From Escherichia virus TH40, in sequence record MT446411.1: a stretch of 64,000 nt of DNA. One strand, given 5' to 3'. A program made the position numbers and the translations under genes. The notes under the pieces are model-generated. The model had not been told where the DNA came from, made no database searches, and saw only the letters and a list, made by a program, of their open reading frames with translations. This document shows positions 51,124 through 60,765 of this stretch, piece by piece. Positions within the stretch are counted from its first letter, which is position 1; each line of letters starts with the position of its first letter.

Positions 51124-51815
51124 ATTATCAAAAAATATATGATGATTTAATTGGGAGTCGAAAGGCTTCCAAACCGATTGGATATACAGAATCTCACCAT
51201 ATCATTCCAGAATGTATGGGTGGGCCTGATACACAAGAAAACAGAGTCAACCTTACTCCGGAAGAACATTTCATTGCACATAAATTATTGGCCAAAATTC
51301 ATCCCAATCATTACGGTCTTATAAAGGCCGTCATTGCTATGGGTATGAGCTCTCGGACACACCAACGACAATTTAATAAATCGTATGGATGGGAGCGTAG
51401 ACAAATGTCAGTTCTTCAAACGGGTGAAGGTAATCCTTTTTATGGTAAGCACCATACTGAAGAACATAAAGAATATATGAGTCAATTATTGAAGGGTCGC
51501 AAAATAACTTGGGCTGATAAAATATCCGTGACAAAGAAAGCGAATCCGTATAAATACTCTCAAGCACAATGTCAAGCTATATCAGAAAGAAATAAAGGTG
51601 AAGGCAATTGGATGTATGGTAAATCACATACACCAGAAGCATCGAAGAAAATTTCAGATAAAGCGAAAGAACGTTATAAAGACCCGTCTAAAAATCCGGC
51701 AGCTAAAAAGGTTGTTATAGGTGGAGTTGAATATGGTTCAATGAAACAAGCTTCAGAAGCTACGGGGCTTTCTAAATATAAAATTAGAAATTTAATTAAA
51801 CAGGTGGAAATATAA
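51120..51815 (+). CDS. HNH homing endonuclease (free-standing), NUMOD-like repeats
   Basis: ESHHIIPECMGGPDTQENRVNLTPEEHFIAHK HNH motif; repeated GNxxYGKxHTxE modules; TTG start overlapping uvsW stop; flanked by 19-bp direct repeat. Confidence 0.75.
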   Translation: MNYQKIYDDLIGSRKASKPIGYTESHHIIPECMGGPDTQENRVNLTPEEHFIAHKLLAKIHPNHYGLIKAVIAMGMSSRTHQRQFNKSYGWERRQMSVLQTGEGNPFYGKHHTEEHKEYMSQLLKGRKITWADKISVTKKANPYKYSQAQCQAISERNKGEGNWMYGKSHTPEASKKISDKAKERYKDPSKNPAAKKVVIGGVEYGSMKQASEATGLSKYKIRNLIKQVEI

Positions 51816-52042
51816 TGAAATCCTTCGAAGAAATTATGTACGAAGCATCAATTGAAGGCTTTATGGCTAAGATTGGTTCCTGCCAGACCATAGACGGTCT
51901 GAAGGAGTTGGAAAGCTATTATAAAAAACGCAGTAAAGAAGCTGAACTAAAAGATTCCGATGATATCAGTGTTCGTGATGCTCTTGCCGGTAAACGCGCC
52001 GAGCTTGAGGATATGGACGATGATGAAGACGAAGATTTCTAA
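51815..52042 (+). CDS. uvsW.1: UvsW.1
   Basis: 75 aa acidic C-terminus; position after uvsW. Confidence 0.65.
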   Translation: MKSFEEIMYEASIEGFMAKIGSCQTIDGLKELESYYKKRSKEAELKDSDDISVRDALAGKRAELEDMDDDEDEDF

Positions 52043-52099
52043 ATAAAAAGGCCCCAACCAAAAGGAAGGGGCAAAACCAAAAATGGTTAACAACACTAG

Positions 52100-52267
52100 C
52101 TAAATTAAAAGTTGGGTCTCGTTCAGTTGCTCTTCTGTATTTTCCGTAACTGGCAAACTCTGAACATAATTATAACAGGCGCCCGGATGCACCGGACCTT
52201 GGTCTGTATCCACAACCAATGCAGAATCGATTGGAGTTTTACAGACAACACAAATCTTATCTGACAT
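52100..52267 (-). CDS. small Cys-containing protein (uvsY.-2 position)
   Basis: 55-aa reverse ORF read by eye (MSDKICVVCKTPIDS...); not in supplied ORF track because under 60 aa. Confidence 0.3.
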   Translation of the reverse strand: MSDKICVVCKTPIDSALVVDTDQGPVHPGACYNYVQSLPVTENTEEQLNETQLLI

Positions 52268-52406
52268 GATTGTCTCCTCAGTTAAACTTACATATCTATT
52301 TAGTGCTCTTCATAATAGCAGCACGAGCTTTCATCTCATTAACAATTTCAGTTATTCGGTTTGCAGAGATAACCATCTCGTCGAGAATCTTACTAATATT
52401 TTTCAT

Positions 52407-52640
52407 TTAATTTTCCTTAAAGTATCTCATACCAGTATCTATCCCCATATTGTGAGAATAGAACGCATCATCGATGTATCCTGCAAATTTACCTTTAACA
52501 TAGATAACATCTTCACCGCAAGGGTGGTCAGCGCAGATACGAATATCTGCACGATTCAATTTCCATTCCTTCATCATATACTTAATTTCTTCTTCGAACT
52601 CTTCGTCTTGGTTAAACGCATCGTCGATAGAATATCGCAT
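52407..52640 (-). CDS. UvsY.-1-like protein
   Basis: 77 aa reverse ORF immediately downstream of uvsY. Confidence 0.5.
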   Translation of the reverse strand: MRYSIDDAFNQDEEFEEEIKYMMKEWKLNRADIRICADHPCGEDVIYVKGKFAGYIDDAFYSHNMGIDTGMRYFKEN

Positions 52641-53074
52641 TATTTGCCTGCCTCGAATTGTCTTATTTCTAACATATGTTTAAGTGCGAAACTTCGCGAC
52701 TTAACACCATCTAATGCAGCGCTACAGAAGTCCTGGAGTAGTGCCCAATACTGAATTGAAGTATCAATCTTCAGTATGTTTGAATCTGCTGCCATGACTG
52801 TTTTCAATTCTGACTTCTCGTATACATCCATGCATACTTCTTCCCCAGGGTCACCTCTTCCCGTATAATGGTCTAGTCGTTTTTTCAGTGCAGTTTTCTT
52901 CTGAATCTCAAGACGCATTATTTCTTTCTTGCAGTTGGTATACAATCTCAACCATTTGCTATGCAACAAAACGTTGTTTTGTGTTTCATATTGAAGTTGC
53001 GTACCATCAATTTTTAAATCTGCATCTAACTCATCCTGAAAGACTTCTAACTTATATTCAATCTCTGTTTTCAT
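52640..53074 (-). CDS. uvsY: UvsY recombination mediator
   Basis: ...LQYETQNNVLLHSKWLRLY...LDHYTGRGD...ALKHMLEIRQFEAGK matches T4 UvsY; MotA-box middle promoter upstream. Confidence 0.9.
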   Translation of the reverse strand: MKTEIEYKLEVFQDELDADLKIDGTQLQYETQNNVLLHSKWLRLYTNCKKEIMRLEIQKKTALKKRLDHYTGRGDPGEEVCMDVYEKSELKTVMAADSNILKIDTSIQYWALLQDFCSAALDGVKSRSFALKHMLEIRQFEAGK

Positions 53075-53088
53075 AATGTATCCAATGT

Positions 53089-53129
53089 AAGGGTCTAGAA
53101 CCATTATACAGCCATAAAATTAAAGCATT
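53089..53129 (-). promoter_or_regulatory. MotA-box middle-type promoter (ATGCTTTA, 12 nt, TATAAT) followed by GGTTCTAGACCC, upstream of uvsY
   Basis: Reverse-strand reading ATGCTTTA-N12-TATAAT-GGTTCTAGACCC; T4 uvsY is known to have a middle promoter. Confidence 0.55.
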
Positions 53130-53517
53130 AACCGTTTTGACTTAGCTGAATCCTGATTTGTTCGAGGGTGTCAGGGTCATCAACAATGCTGAACTGAACC
53201 GTTACGATAATGGAGTTATCATCATACATAGGGACAACTGCAACCTGTAGATTGCTTATTCTTGGTTCGAAGTTCCGCACCGCGGAGACGATGTTGCGTT
53301 TAATGGTATCTGTAATTAACGGTGTGATATTCTCAAAAAGCTGATTACTTATATCACATCCAAATTCGGGCATAAAAGGCCGTGACCCTTTTCTTGTGGT
53401 GATTATTCCCAGAAGACTGTTCTTAACAGACCTTGCGCCAGTTACTTTAGCAACGTCTTTATCCCAACTTGTAGATAAGTCGGGAGATACATCGCTATAC
53501 ATTTTGTTTATATTCAT
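53128..53517 (-). CDS. 25: gp25 baseplate wedge protein (lysozyme-like fold)
   Basis: ...NSLLGIITTRKGSRPFMPEFGCDISNQLFEN... matches T4 gp25. Confidence 0.9.
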   Translation of the reverse strand: MNINKMYSDVSPDLSTSWDKDVAKVTGARSVKNSLLGIITTRKGSRPFMPEFGCDISNQLFENITPLITDTIKRNIVSAVRNFEPRISNLQVAVVPMYDDNSIIVTVQFSIVDDPDTLEQIRIQLSQNG

Positions 53518-54174
53518 TTACATAAACTTAAAGAATTCTTTAAGCCCCTTAATTACATGGACAGAATGCGCTCCGCACTCACAAGAGATAGGAATAGCCA
53601 TTTGGACCTGTGGCTTGAGAAGTTCTTCGGTTAGTGCATTTATATCATCGAGGGTAATTGCGTTGTATAGGTCCTCGATTTCGGCTTCATTTAAGTCATC
53701 AACAACGATGCGCTCGCCACCTTCCGTGATAATATATTCGATACAACAAGCAATCATTTTACCTTTATCGCCGTCTTCAAACAACCCAGGATAACGGAAT
53801 TTAATTTTAAATGCCCCGAAATCACGAATAACTTCAGACTCATCCACGATGCTTGCACGACTTATAGTCACAGGAATATCTTGTTCCTTTCCACATTCGC
53901 ATACCCATGTATGCTCGACATTAACAACCCCAAGACTATTTGCCCAGAGATTAATAAGAAGCAGCTCGGCTTCCTGTTTGTTTAACCCTTTAGCATCAGT
54001 GCATTTATTAAGCAGTTCAATTATTGCAGGTTCCATACGCTTTTCTAATTTTGCCTGAAGCAAATCTTTGTATTCGCGCAATGTAAAAGCCCTACAATTT
54101 ATAGTTTTATTTTTAATTTGGACAATAAATTCATAAGTCATAATTTGCTCCTTTACTGTATTTATAAATATCAA
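53518..54174 (-). CDS. 26: gp26 baseplate hub protein
   Basis: 218 aa vs T4 208, synteny 25-26 / 51. Confidence 0.65.
   Translation of the reverse strand: MIFINTVKEQIMTYEFIVQIKNKTINCRAFTLREYKDLLQAKLEKRMEPAIIELLNKCTDAKGLNKQEAELLLINLWANSLGVVNVEHTWVCECGKEQDIPVTISRASIVDESEVIRDFGAFKIKFRYPGLFEDGDKGKMIACCIEYIITEGGERIVVDDLNEAEIEDLYNAITLDDINALTEELLKPQVQMAIPISCECGAHSVHVIKGLKEFFKFM
54163..54170 (+). promoter_or_regulatory. late promoter TATAAATA (gene 51)
   Basis: Exact consensus 25 nt upstream of ATG. Confidence 0.5.
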
Positions 54175-54194
54175 TAAAGATAAAAGGGGATTCT

Positions 54195-54947
54195 ATGGCC
54201 AATATCGTAAGATGTGAAATGCCAGACGGAGTTCATCGTTTCAAACCGTTTACAGTCGCTGATTACCGTGATTTACTGCTTGTGCGAAACGACATGAACA
54301 ACAAACCCGTCGAAGAACAAAAACAATTATTAGACGAACTGTTGGAAGATTATTTTGGAGAGTATCCGAAAGCATGGAGACCATACATATTCTTGAAGGT
54401 ATTCACTTCCTCTATCGGTAAGACAAAAGTCCCGGTAGCGTTCGAATGTCAAAAATGTAAAAAGACAAAGCAGACTTTGTTTAATATGAGCCAAGGTCCA
54501 TTGACAAATCCAACAATGGAAACCGCGGGGATAAAAATACAATTTAAGTTCCCTGAAGTAGAATATAAAGATAAGTCGGAGCTTGTTCTAAACACCATCC
54601 AGACTGTCGAAGACTCAGAACAAAAATACAATTGGGAAGACCTTCCTGAAGAAACGAAGATGCAGGTTATTGATGCAATTGATATAGAGAGTCTCGAAGA
54701 GCTCCTTAAGAAAATGCATTCAGTTTATATTCCATTTACATATGGTTGCTGCGAAAAACACAAAACCGAATATACAGACTTGATTGATGTCTTTAAGCTT
54801 ATCCTTAACCCGGATGAAGTCTTTGTATTTTATCAAATTAACCACTTACTGGTAAAGAATCAATATACACTGGATAGCATCATGCACATGATTCCTATCG
54901 AACGAGGTATTGCTTTATCGTTAGTTGAGAAGGACTTGAAGAAATGA
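54195..54947 (+). CDS. 51: gp51 baseplate hub assembly protein
   Basis: 250 aa vs T4 249; late promoter 54163-54170. Confidence 0.7.
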   Translation: MANIVRCEMPDGVHRFKPFTVADYRDLLLVRNDMNNKPVEEQKQLLDELLEDYFGEYPKAWRPYIFLKVFTSSIGKTKVPVAFECQKCKKTKQTLFNMSQGPLTNPTMETAGIKIQFKFPEVEYKDKSELVLNTIQTVEDSEQKYNWEDLPEETKMQVIDAIDIESLEELLKKMHSVYIPFTYGCCEKHKTEYTDLIDVFKLILNPDEVFVFYQINHLLVKNQYTLDSIMHMIPIERGIALSLVEKDLKK

Positions 54948-56113
54948 CAGCTAAATCTATGCAGCGTGAAGGCTTTCCTAATATCAGCATACGCCTTTAC
55001 GAAGATTATGATGCCTGGCTCGAACACCGTTTTGTAGAACTGGCTGCAACATTTACAACCATGACCATGCGTGATTCCCTTTACGGAAGAAACGAAGGTC
55101 TATTGCAATTCTACGACACAAAGAACTTACATACAAAAATGAACGGTGAACAAATTATACAAGTCTCCGTTAAGAATGCCAACTCAGACCGAACCCAATC
55201 CAGAATATATGGAAGCAAACACTTTGCAGTTTCTGTGGATTCAAAAGGCGATAATATAATTACAATTCAGCTGGCTCCTATTCACGAAATTGAAGACCTG
55301 AAATTTAGTCGTATGTTTTACCCGAGTGTACAAGAAACATTAGTCGAAATGACCGGGGTAATTTATCAGGATAGACCGTTGCTTTCTCCACCAATAAACG
55401 GCATAAACGTTTATGCTCCTAACGTTCCATGGTGTGATTCGATGAACCGATATATGGAATTCATAAGGGAAGTTGGTCTGGCAGTAGAAACTGATAAATT
55501 TGTTTTTGTATGGGAAGATATTGATGGAATAAGTATCCAGGATTATGAATGGTTAACATCACAAGAGCCAATTAATTTCGTGGTGGGTGAACCTCGATTG
55601 GTCGGCCAGTTTGTACAAAACCTCGAGACTCCATTGGCCTTCGATTTTGAATGGTTAACAAAGGCGAACCAACACACAAGAAAACCATACGAAAACGCAA
55701 CCGTGTATGCGCATTCATTCCTTGACAAGAACGCAACCAGAATAACTTTTGGGGAAGGACAAAACAGCATTCTGGTATCTCGTTCAGGCGGCTATTCGGA
55801 TTATACATACCGAAACGGTTTCGAAGAAGCACAACGATTAATAACCATGTCTCAATATGATGGTTACGCGCATTGCAAAACATACGGGAACTTTGAATTA
55901 ACCCCGGGTGATAAGATAAATTTCTATGACCCGAAGAACCAATTCAAATATGATTTTTACGTAGACGAAGTTATTCATGAAGTGAGTAACAATACATCAA
56001 TTACAAACCTCTATATGTTTACCAATGGTAAGCCTATTGAAGTTGAAGAGCCACCAAAGGTTAAAAATGAACTTAAAACTGATTCTGCCGACGAAGAAAA
56101 TACAGCTGGGTGA
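54944..56113 (+). CDS. 27: gp27 baseplate hub protein
   Basis: 389 aa vs T4 391; synteny. Confidence 0.85.
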   Translation: MTAKSMQREGFPNISIRLYEDYDAWLEHRFVELAATFTTMTMRDSLYGRNEGLLQFYDTKNLHTKMNGEQIIQVSVKNANSDRTQSRIYGSKHFAVSVDSKGDNIITIQLAPIHEIEDLKFSRMFYPSVQETLVEMTGVIYQDRPLLSPPINGINVYAPNVPWCDSMNRYMEFIREVGLAVETDKFVFVWEDIDGISIQDYEWLTSQEPINFVVGEPRLVGQFVQNLETPLAFDFEWLTKANQHTRKPYENATVYAHSFLDKNATRITFGEGQNSILVSRSGGYSDYTYRNGFEEAQRLITMSQYDGYAHCKTYGNFELTPGDKINFYDPKNQFKYDFYVDEVIHEVSNNTSITNLYMFTNGKPIEVEEPPKVKNELKTDSADEENTAG

Positions 56114-56585
56114 TAAAGAGATTCACATTCCTAAGCTGGGTCTTAAACATCACAATCTGATTAAAAACGAACCTAACCCATACGCTGCATTAAGAAAGAT
56201 TATGCAATCGATATTCCCTAATCTTACAGCAGCTGAATCCGACTTTGTATCTTTACATCTTCTGGAATTTAATGGTAAGCTAAAAGACAAACGTGTGATT
56301 GATGGGTTTACATATAAGCTGGATGATGTTTATATCTGTCAGTGCCTTGAATTCTCTTATCAAGGAAAAACATTTAAATTCCGCTCTAATAAACCGTATG
56401 AAGAATTCGGACCAGTTGACAATCTTCTGGAGACTCTTTATCTCGGGGAAGACGTTCCAGACTTTCTGGATATGCCTGCTTTTGTTGCTAAGTGGGCAGA
56501 CGATATCACAAGCACATTAGCAATCCCGGGACCGAATGGTCCTGTTAAGGGGTTACTGAAAATAATGGAACTCCTAAATGAATAA
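56067..56585 (+). CDS. 28: gp28 baseplate hub distal subunit
   Basis: 172 aa from internal ATG with AAGGTT RBS, overlaps end of gene 27. Confidence 0.6.
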   Translation: MNLKLILPTKKIQLGDKEIHIPKLGLKHHNLIKNEPNPYAALRKIMQSIFPNLTAAESDFVSLHLLEFNGKLKDKRVIDGFTYKLDDVYICQCLEFSYQGKTFKFRSNKPYEEFGPVDNLLETLYLGEDVPDFLDMPAFVAKWADDITSTLAIPGPNGPVKGLLKIMELLNE

Positions 56586-58323
56586 GAACTCCGAACAAAC
56601 AAGCTTCAGACGCGGTGGACCGAATAAAAAGCTTATTGAAGAATTAGCACCACAAAGGAGGGCGGAAGCCCTCTCTGCCGAACAGAATGACGAACTATCG
56701 AATCTGAATACAACTCTTACAAATACTCAGGCCGCAACCGAACTTGTGTCGGAAGCTATTGAGGATAAGGGTAATCAGATTATCGAGAATATCCAAACCA
56801 ATAACGGAGTCCTCCAGGATATCAGTGCTGGGGTCGAACTGACGGCCGAAGCCACCGAGAAGACTCAACAAGGGATTAAAAACCTCACGGATATTCTCTC
56901 AGATAAACTCGACAAACTCAGCGCAATGATAAGTGGTAAACTAGGCGTCACGTCTCCTGTGGCTGGTTCTGAAAGCCTTAAACCTGTAGAGGATGCACTA
57001 CCAGAGCCTGAAGAGAATAAGCCCACGGCGAGCGTTCCAGAGCTCATACCGCCAGAAGAACAAAAGCCCGACGCTGACTTCATTCCAGAACCAGAACAAC
57101 CAAAAAACGATGCAGAAGGTAAAGAGACTAATACCTGGTCACTTGGCGATAAGCTTGACACCCTTTCGAAGATAACCGAAAAAGGATTTAAGGCATCGAT
57201 TTCTGTTGCTGACCGAATCTCCGGGATGCTGTTCAAATACACAATTACGGCCGCTGCTGAAGCAGCCAAGCTTATTGGTGGATTATTGCTGTTGGTATTT
57301 GGTATCGATGCGATACGAGTTTATTTTCAATATTTCATGAAGCAATTCGAAAAAGGATGGGCCGAATTTAATGACAAGTTCAAAGAATGGGGACCGTTAC
57401 TCGAAGGACTAATGACTTGGGCTAAGAATGCTGAAGCGATGTTTAGTGAAAGGAACTGGTTGGGATTAGCTGAAGCTATTATCCGTGGGATGGTCAACTT
57501 AACGAAGAACATGGCTCAACTTCTTATGCTTGGAATTTCGAAACTGATTTCAGCTATCTTAAGCAAAATCCCTGGAATGGGTGATTTAGCAGATAATGTG
57601 GAAGCCTCGGCTTTGATGTCTTATCAGCAAAATACAGGGGCAACTCTGGATGATGAAGACCAAACCAAGATAGCAAAATATCATGACAAACGTTCGGCCG
57701 AAGCAATGGAAGCTGCAGAGAAGATGAATAAGAAGTATAAGGATAAACCTGAACTAATTAATCAAGCCGAAAAATATGGTAACCTTACCAAGGAACAAGC
57801 TGACCAGCTTCGTGCGGGTGGTATTGACACAAGCTTCAGAGACCTTCCAGAAGAAGAACGTCTGGACTATTTCAAGAAGCGTGACAAAGCACAGGCTGAT
57901 ATTATTCGTTTGACCCAAACTGCTGACAACCTAATGAAGCCAGATGCGACCGATAAAAAGAATGCGCTGGAAATGAGAGCTAACATTGAAAAACAATTAG
58001 CTGACCCTGCTATGGCGAAAGGTGGAGCTCCGAAAGACTTGAATATGCGTGCTCTCCTGGAAAAACTTGATAAGTCTCTTGAGAAGTTCAAAGATGAACC
58101 GAAGGTTAAACCACCAGACATTAAGACTTCTCCAGATGCACAACAAGCTGCGAAGGTCGATGAAGGCATGAAGGCCAAAGAAAATAAATACAAGGATGCA
58201 CCGGCTCAGGCCCAAATTAACACAGTCAATAATATTCAGAAGACTTCCAGGACGCAATACAATATGCCTCCCCAAAGTTCAACCCCTGCCCCTGGCATGA
58301 GACAGGCTACGAGAATTAACTAA
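56578..58323 (+). CDS. 29: gp29 tail tape measure / baseplate hub protein
   Basis: 581 aa vs T4 590; coiled-coil rich. Confidence 0.8.
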   Translation: MNKNSEQTSFRRGGPNKKLIEELAPQRRAEALSAEQNDELSNLNTTLTNTQAATELVSEAIEDKGNQIIENIQTNNGVLQDISAGVELTAEATEKTQQGIKNLTDILSDKLDKLSAMISGKLGVTSPVAGSESLKPVEDALPEPEENKPTASVPELIPPEEQKPDADFIPEPEQPKNDAEGKETNTWSLGDKLDTLSKITEKGFKASISVADRISGMLFKYTITAAAEAAKLIGGLLLLVFGIDAIRVYFQYFMKQFEKGWAEFNDKFKEWGPLLEGLMTWAKNAEAMFSERNWLGLAEAIIRGMVNLTKNMAQLLMLGISKLISAILSKIPGMGDLADNVEASALMSYQQNTGATLDDEDQTKIAKYHDKRSAEAMEAAEKMNKKYKDKPELINQAEKYGNLTKEQADQLRAGGIDTSFRDLPEEERLDYFKKRDKAQADIIRLTQTADNLMKPDATDKKNALEMRANIEKQLADPAMAKGGAPKDLNMRALLEKLDKSLEKFKDEPKVKPPDIKTSPDAQQAAKVDEGMKAKENKYKDAPAQAQINTVNNIQKTSRTQYNMPPQSSTPAPGMRQATRIN

Positions 58324-58331
58324 GGAATAAT

Positions 58332-59426
58332 ATGAAAGTAAAAGAACTCGATATTGATATTGCGGGTTTGTTTAACGGAGGTTCTAAGACCTCCGCGGGG
58401 CAGTCAAAAGCTGCCCCGACTCAAGCTACTATTGTGGCGCAATATCCAGCAGAACGAGCTTCCGGTAATGATTCTTCAGATGATATGCGAGTTAATGACC
58501 TTTATAAAAATGGTCTGTTATTCACGGCATACAATTTCAGTTCAAGAACATCTCCGGAATTACGCTCAGATAGGTCAAGCCAATTGACTTCATTAAAGAA
58601 CGTTTCAAATGGTGCTTCATTTAACCCGGTTAAAAGTTTAACATCTTTTGCTAAATCGAAATTAACCGGGGCTGGCTCAACAGGTAAAAGTTTTGATTCA
58701 AATGCTGTTGCAAATATCCTGTTGCCTCGTTCGAAGTCTGATGTAGAATCCGTGTCGCATCGATTCAATGATGTTGGTGAATCTCTTATTACGAAAGGGG
58801 GTGGCTCAGCCACCGGTATTCTTAGTAACATTGCATCGACTGCAGTTTTCGGCGCACTCGAATCAGTTACAAACGGTGTAATGGCCGACCACGGTGAACA
58901 GATTTACACAACGGCAAGAAGCATGTACGCTGGCCCGGATAACAGGACAAAAGTTTACACATGGGAAATGACTCCACGTTCGGCCCAGGACTTAATCCAG
59001 ATAGTGAAGATATACGAGATTTTTAACTATTACTCCTATGGGGAAACTGGTAAAAGTTCGTTTGCTTCCGAGCTGAAAGAAAAAATCGATACATGGTATA
59101 AATCCACCTTCAAAAAGGAAGCAATCGATAACTTTGACGGCAAGTTGCTCGGTGAAGAGATAACAAGCTTCCTAACGAACGTTCTGGTGGTCTCTAACCC
59201 TACTATCTGGTATATCCGCAACTTCGGTGATACAAGCTCGTACGATGGTCGTGGGGAGCTATTTGGGCCATGTCAGATTCAGAGCATAAGATTTGATAAA
59301 TCTCCGGATGGTCATTTCGGCGGATTAGCTATTGCTCCTAACCTGCCATCGACTTTTGTACTTGAAATCACTTTCCGTGAAATCATTACGCTTAACCGTG
59401 GCTCATTATATGCGGAGGGTTTCTAA
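58332..59426 (+). CDS. 48: gp48 baseplate tail tube cap
   Basis: 364 aa identical length to T4 gp48. Confidence 0.85.
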   Translation: MKVKELDIDIAGLFNGGSKTSAGQSKAAPTQATIVAQYPAERASGNDSSDDMRVNDLYKNGLLFTAYNFSSRTSPELRSDRSSQLTSLKNVSNGASFNPVKSLTSFAKSKLTGAGSTGKSFDSNAVANILLPRSKSDVESVSHRFNDVGESLITKGGGSATGILSNIASTAVFGALESVTNGVMADHGEQIYTTARSMYAGPDNRTKVYTWEMTPRSAQDLIQIVKIYEIFNYYSYGETGKSSFASELKEKIDTWYKSTFKKEAIDNFDGKLLGEEITSFLTNVLVVSNPTIWYIRNFGDTSSYDGRGELFGPCQIQSIRFDKSPDGHFGGLAIAPNLPSTFVLEITFREIITLNRGSLYAEGF

Positions 59427-60385
59427 TGTTTACTTTACAAGAATTCCAAACGCAGGCGATTAATATCGACTTACAAAGGAATAACCTTTTTAGTGTGGTC
59501 TTCGCGACCACGCCTTCCTCCAAATCTCAGAATCTTCTGGACCAGTTTGGCGGCGCATTATTCAGCAACCTTCCTGTTAACTCAGATTGGTTTGGTTTAA
59601 CGCAAGGCGACTTAACTCAAGGGATAACAACTCTTGTTACTGCTGGGACACAAAAGCTTATTCGCAAATCAGGGATAAGCAAATATCTTATCGGGGCAAT
59701 GAGTAACCGTGTTGTGCAATCATTATTGGGGGAATTCGAGGTTGGTACTTACCTGCTTGATTTCTTTAATATGGCCTATCCAACGGCTGGTCTATTGGTC
59801 CACTCTGTTAAGCTTCCGGATAACACGTTGAACTACGAAATGGACCTCAACCATAACGCACCAAATATCAAGATAACAGGAAGAGAATATTCTCCATTGG
59901 TATTGAGCTTTAGAATGGATTCAGAGGCAGGGAACTACAGAGCATTTAACGATTGGGTTAACTCTGTGCAAGACCCAGTTACCCAGCTAAGGGCCTTGCC
60001 TGAAGACGTTGAAGCTGATATTCAGGTTAACCTTCACTCACGTAATGGATTGCCACATACGGTTGTTATGCTAACTGGTTGTGTTCCTGTAAGTGTATCA
60101 GCGCCTGAATTGAGTTATGAAGGGGATAATCAGATAGCTACATTTGATGTGACTTTTGCTTATCGCGTTATGTCAACTGGTGCGGTGGGAAGAGCTGCAG
60201 CATTGGAATGGTTGGAAGATAAGGTTATTAAAGGCGTATCTGGTATTAGTTCAGATAACAACTTGAACGCAGAAGTTGCCAAATTGAGTCGCTTGTCTGG
60301 TGCTCAATCTGGATTAACAAGCCTATACAATACGTTTACTGGTTCTGGGAGAACAGTCTCTGGTGGAAGTCAACGTATATTATAA
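59426..60385 (+). CDS. 54: gp54 baseplate tail tube initiator
   Basis: 319 aa vs T4 320. Confidence 0.85.
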   Translation: MFTLQEFQTQAINIDLQRNNLFSVVFATTPSSKSQNLLDQFGGALFSNLPVNSDWFGLTQGDLTQGITTLVTAGTQKLIRKSGISKYLIGAMSNRVVQSLLGEFEVGTYLLDFFNMAYPTAGLLVHSVKLPDNTLNYEMDLNHNAPNIKITGREYSPLVLSFRMDSEAGNYRAFNDWVNSVQDPVTQLRALPEDVEADIQVNLHSRNGLPHTVVMLTGCVPVSVSAPELSYEGDNQIATFDVTFAYRVMSTGAVGRAAALEWLEDKVIKGVSGISSDNNLNAEVAKLSRLSGAQSGLTSLYNTFTGSGRTVSGGSQRIL

Positions 60386-60387
60386 AA

Positions 60388-60412
60388 AGAAAGGGACCCG
60401 AAGGTCCCTTTT
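60388..60412. terminator. bidirectional hairpin GGGACC-CGAA-GGTCCC between gene 54 and reverse ORF
   Basis: Stem-loop flanked by AAAG and TTTTT. Confidence 0.6.
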
Positions 60413-60702
60413 TATTTGCGGAATGAAATGAAACCTGCTGCAGTCATAACAGCTTCTTTCTTAACAAATACTGTAATTGCAATTGGTGCTTCAGATTCAA
60501 GTTGTCCAGTTACTACACCATTAAAAATATTTTCTGTTTGTTCAGAATTTACAAAGTTTTCAACAGGGCGAAGGTCAAACTTCTTATCTTCGCCAAACAC
60601 GCGCCGCAGTTCATTACCCACCGCGCTGTCAAACTCTTCTGAAGCCGGGATAACATTCTCAACTACCAGTTCCTGACCATTAAAGCGAAAAGATGATTTC
60701 AT
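60412..60702 (-). CDS. hypothetical protein (alt-upstream region)
   Basis: Reverse ORF, start at internal ATG with GAGGAAAA RBS. Confidence 0.45.
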   Translation of the reverse strand: MKSSFRFNGQELVVENVIPASEEFDSAVGNELRRVFGEDKKFDLRPVENFVNSEQTENIFNGVVTGQLESEAPIAITVFVKKEAVMTAAGFISFRK

Positions 60703-60765
60703 TTTGTTTTCCTCATGTGCAATTGATATGAACATTGTATCGCACTTCCTTGTGCTTGTAAACCC

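Noticed and set aside
52266-52754. Plus-strand 162-aa ORF
   Set aside because: Lies antisense to the uvsY.-1/uvsY genes, which have clear T4 homology; no RBS; low-complexity translation. Judged spurious.
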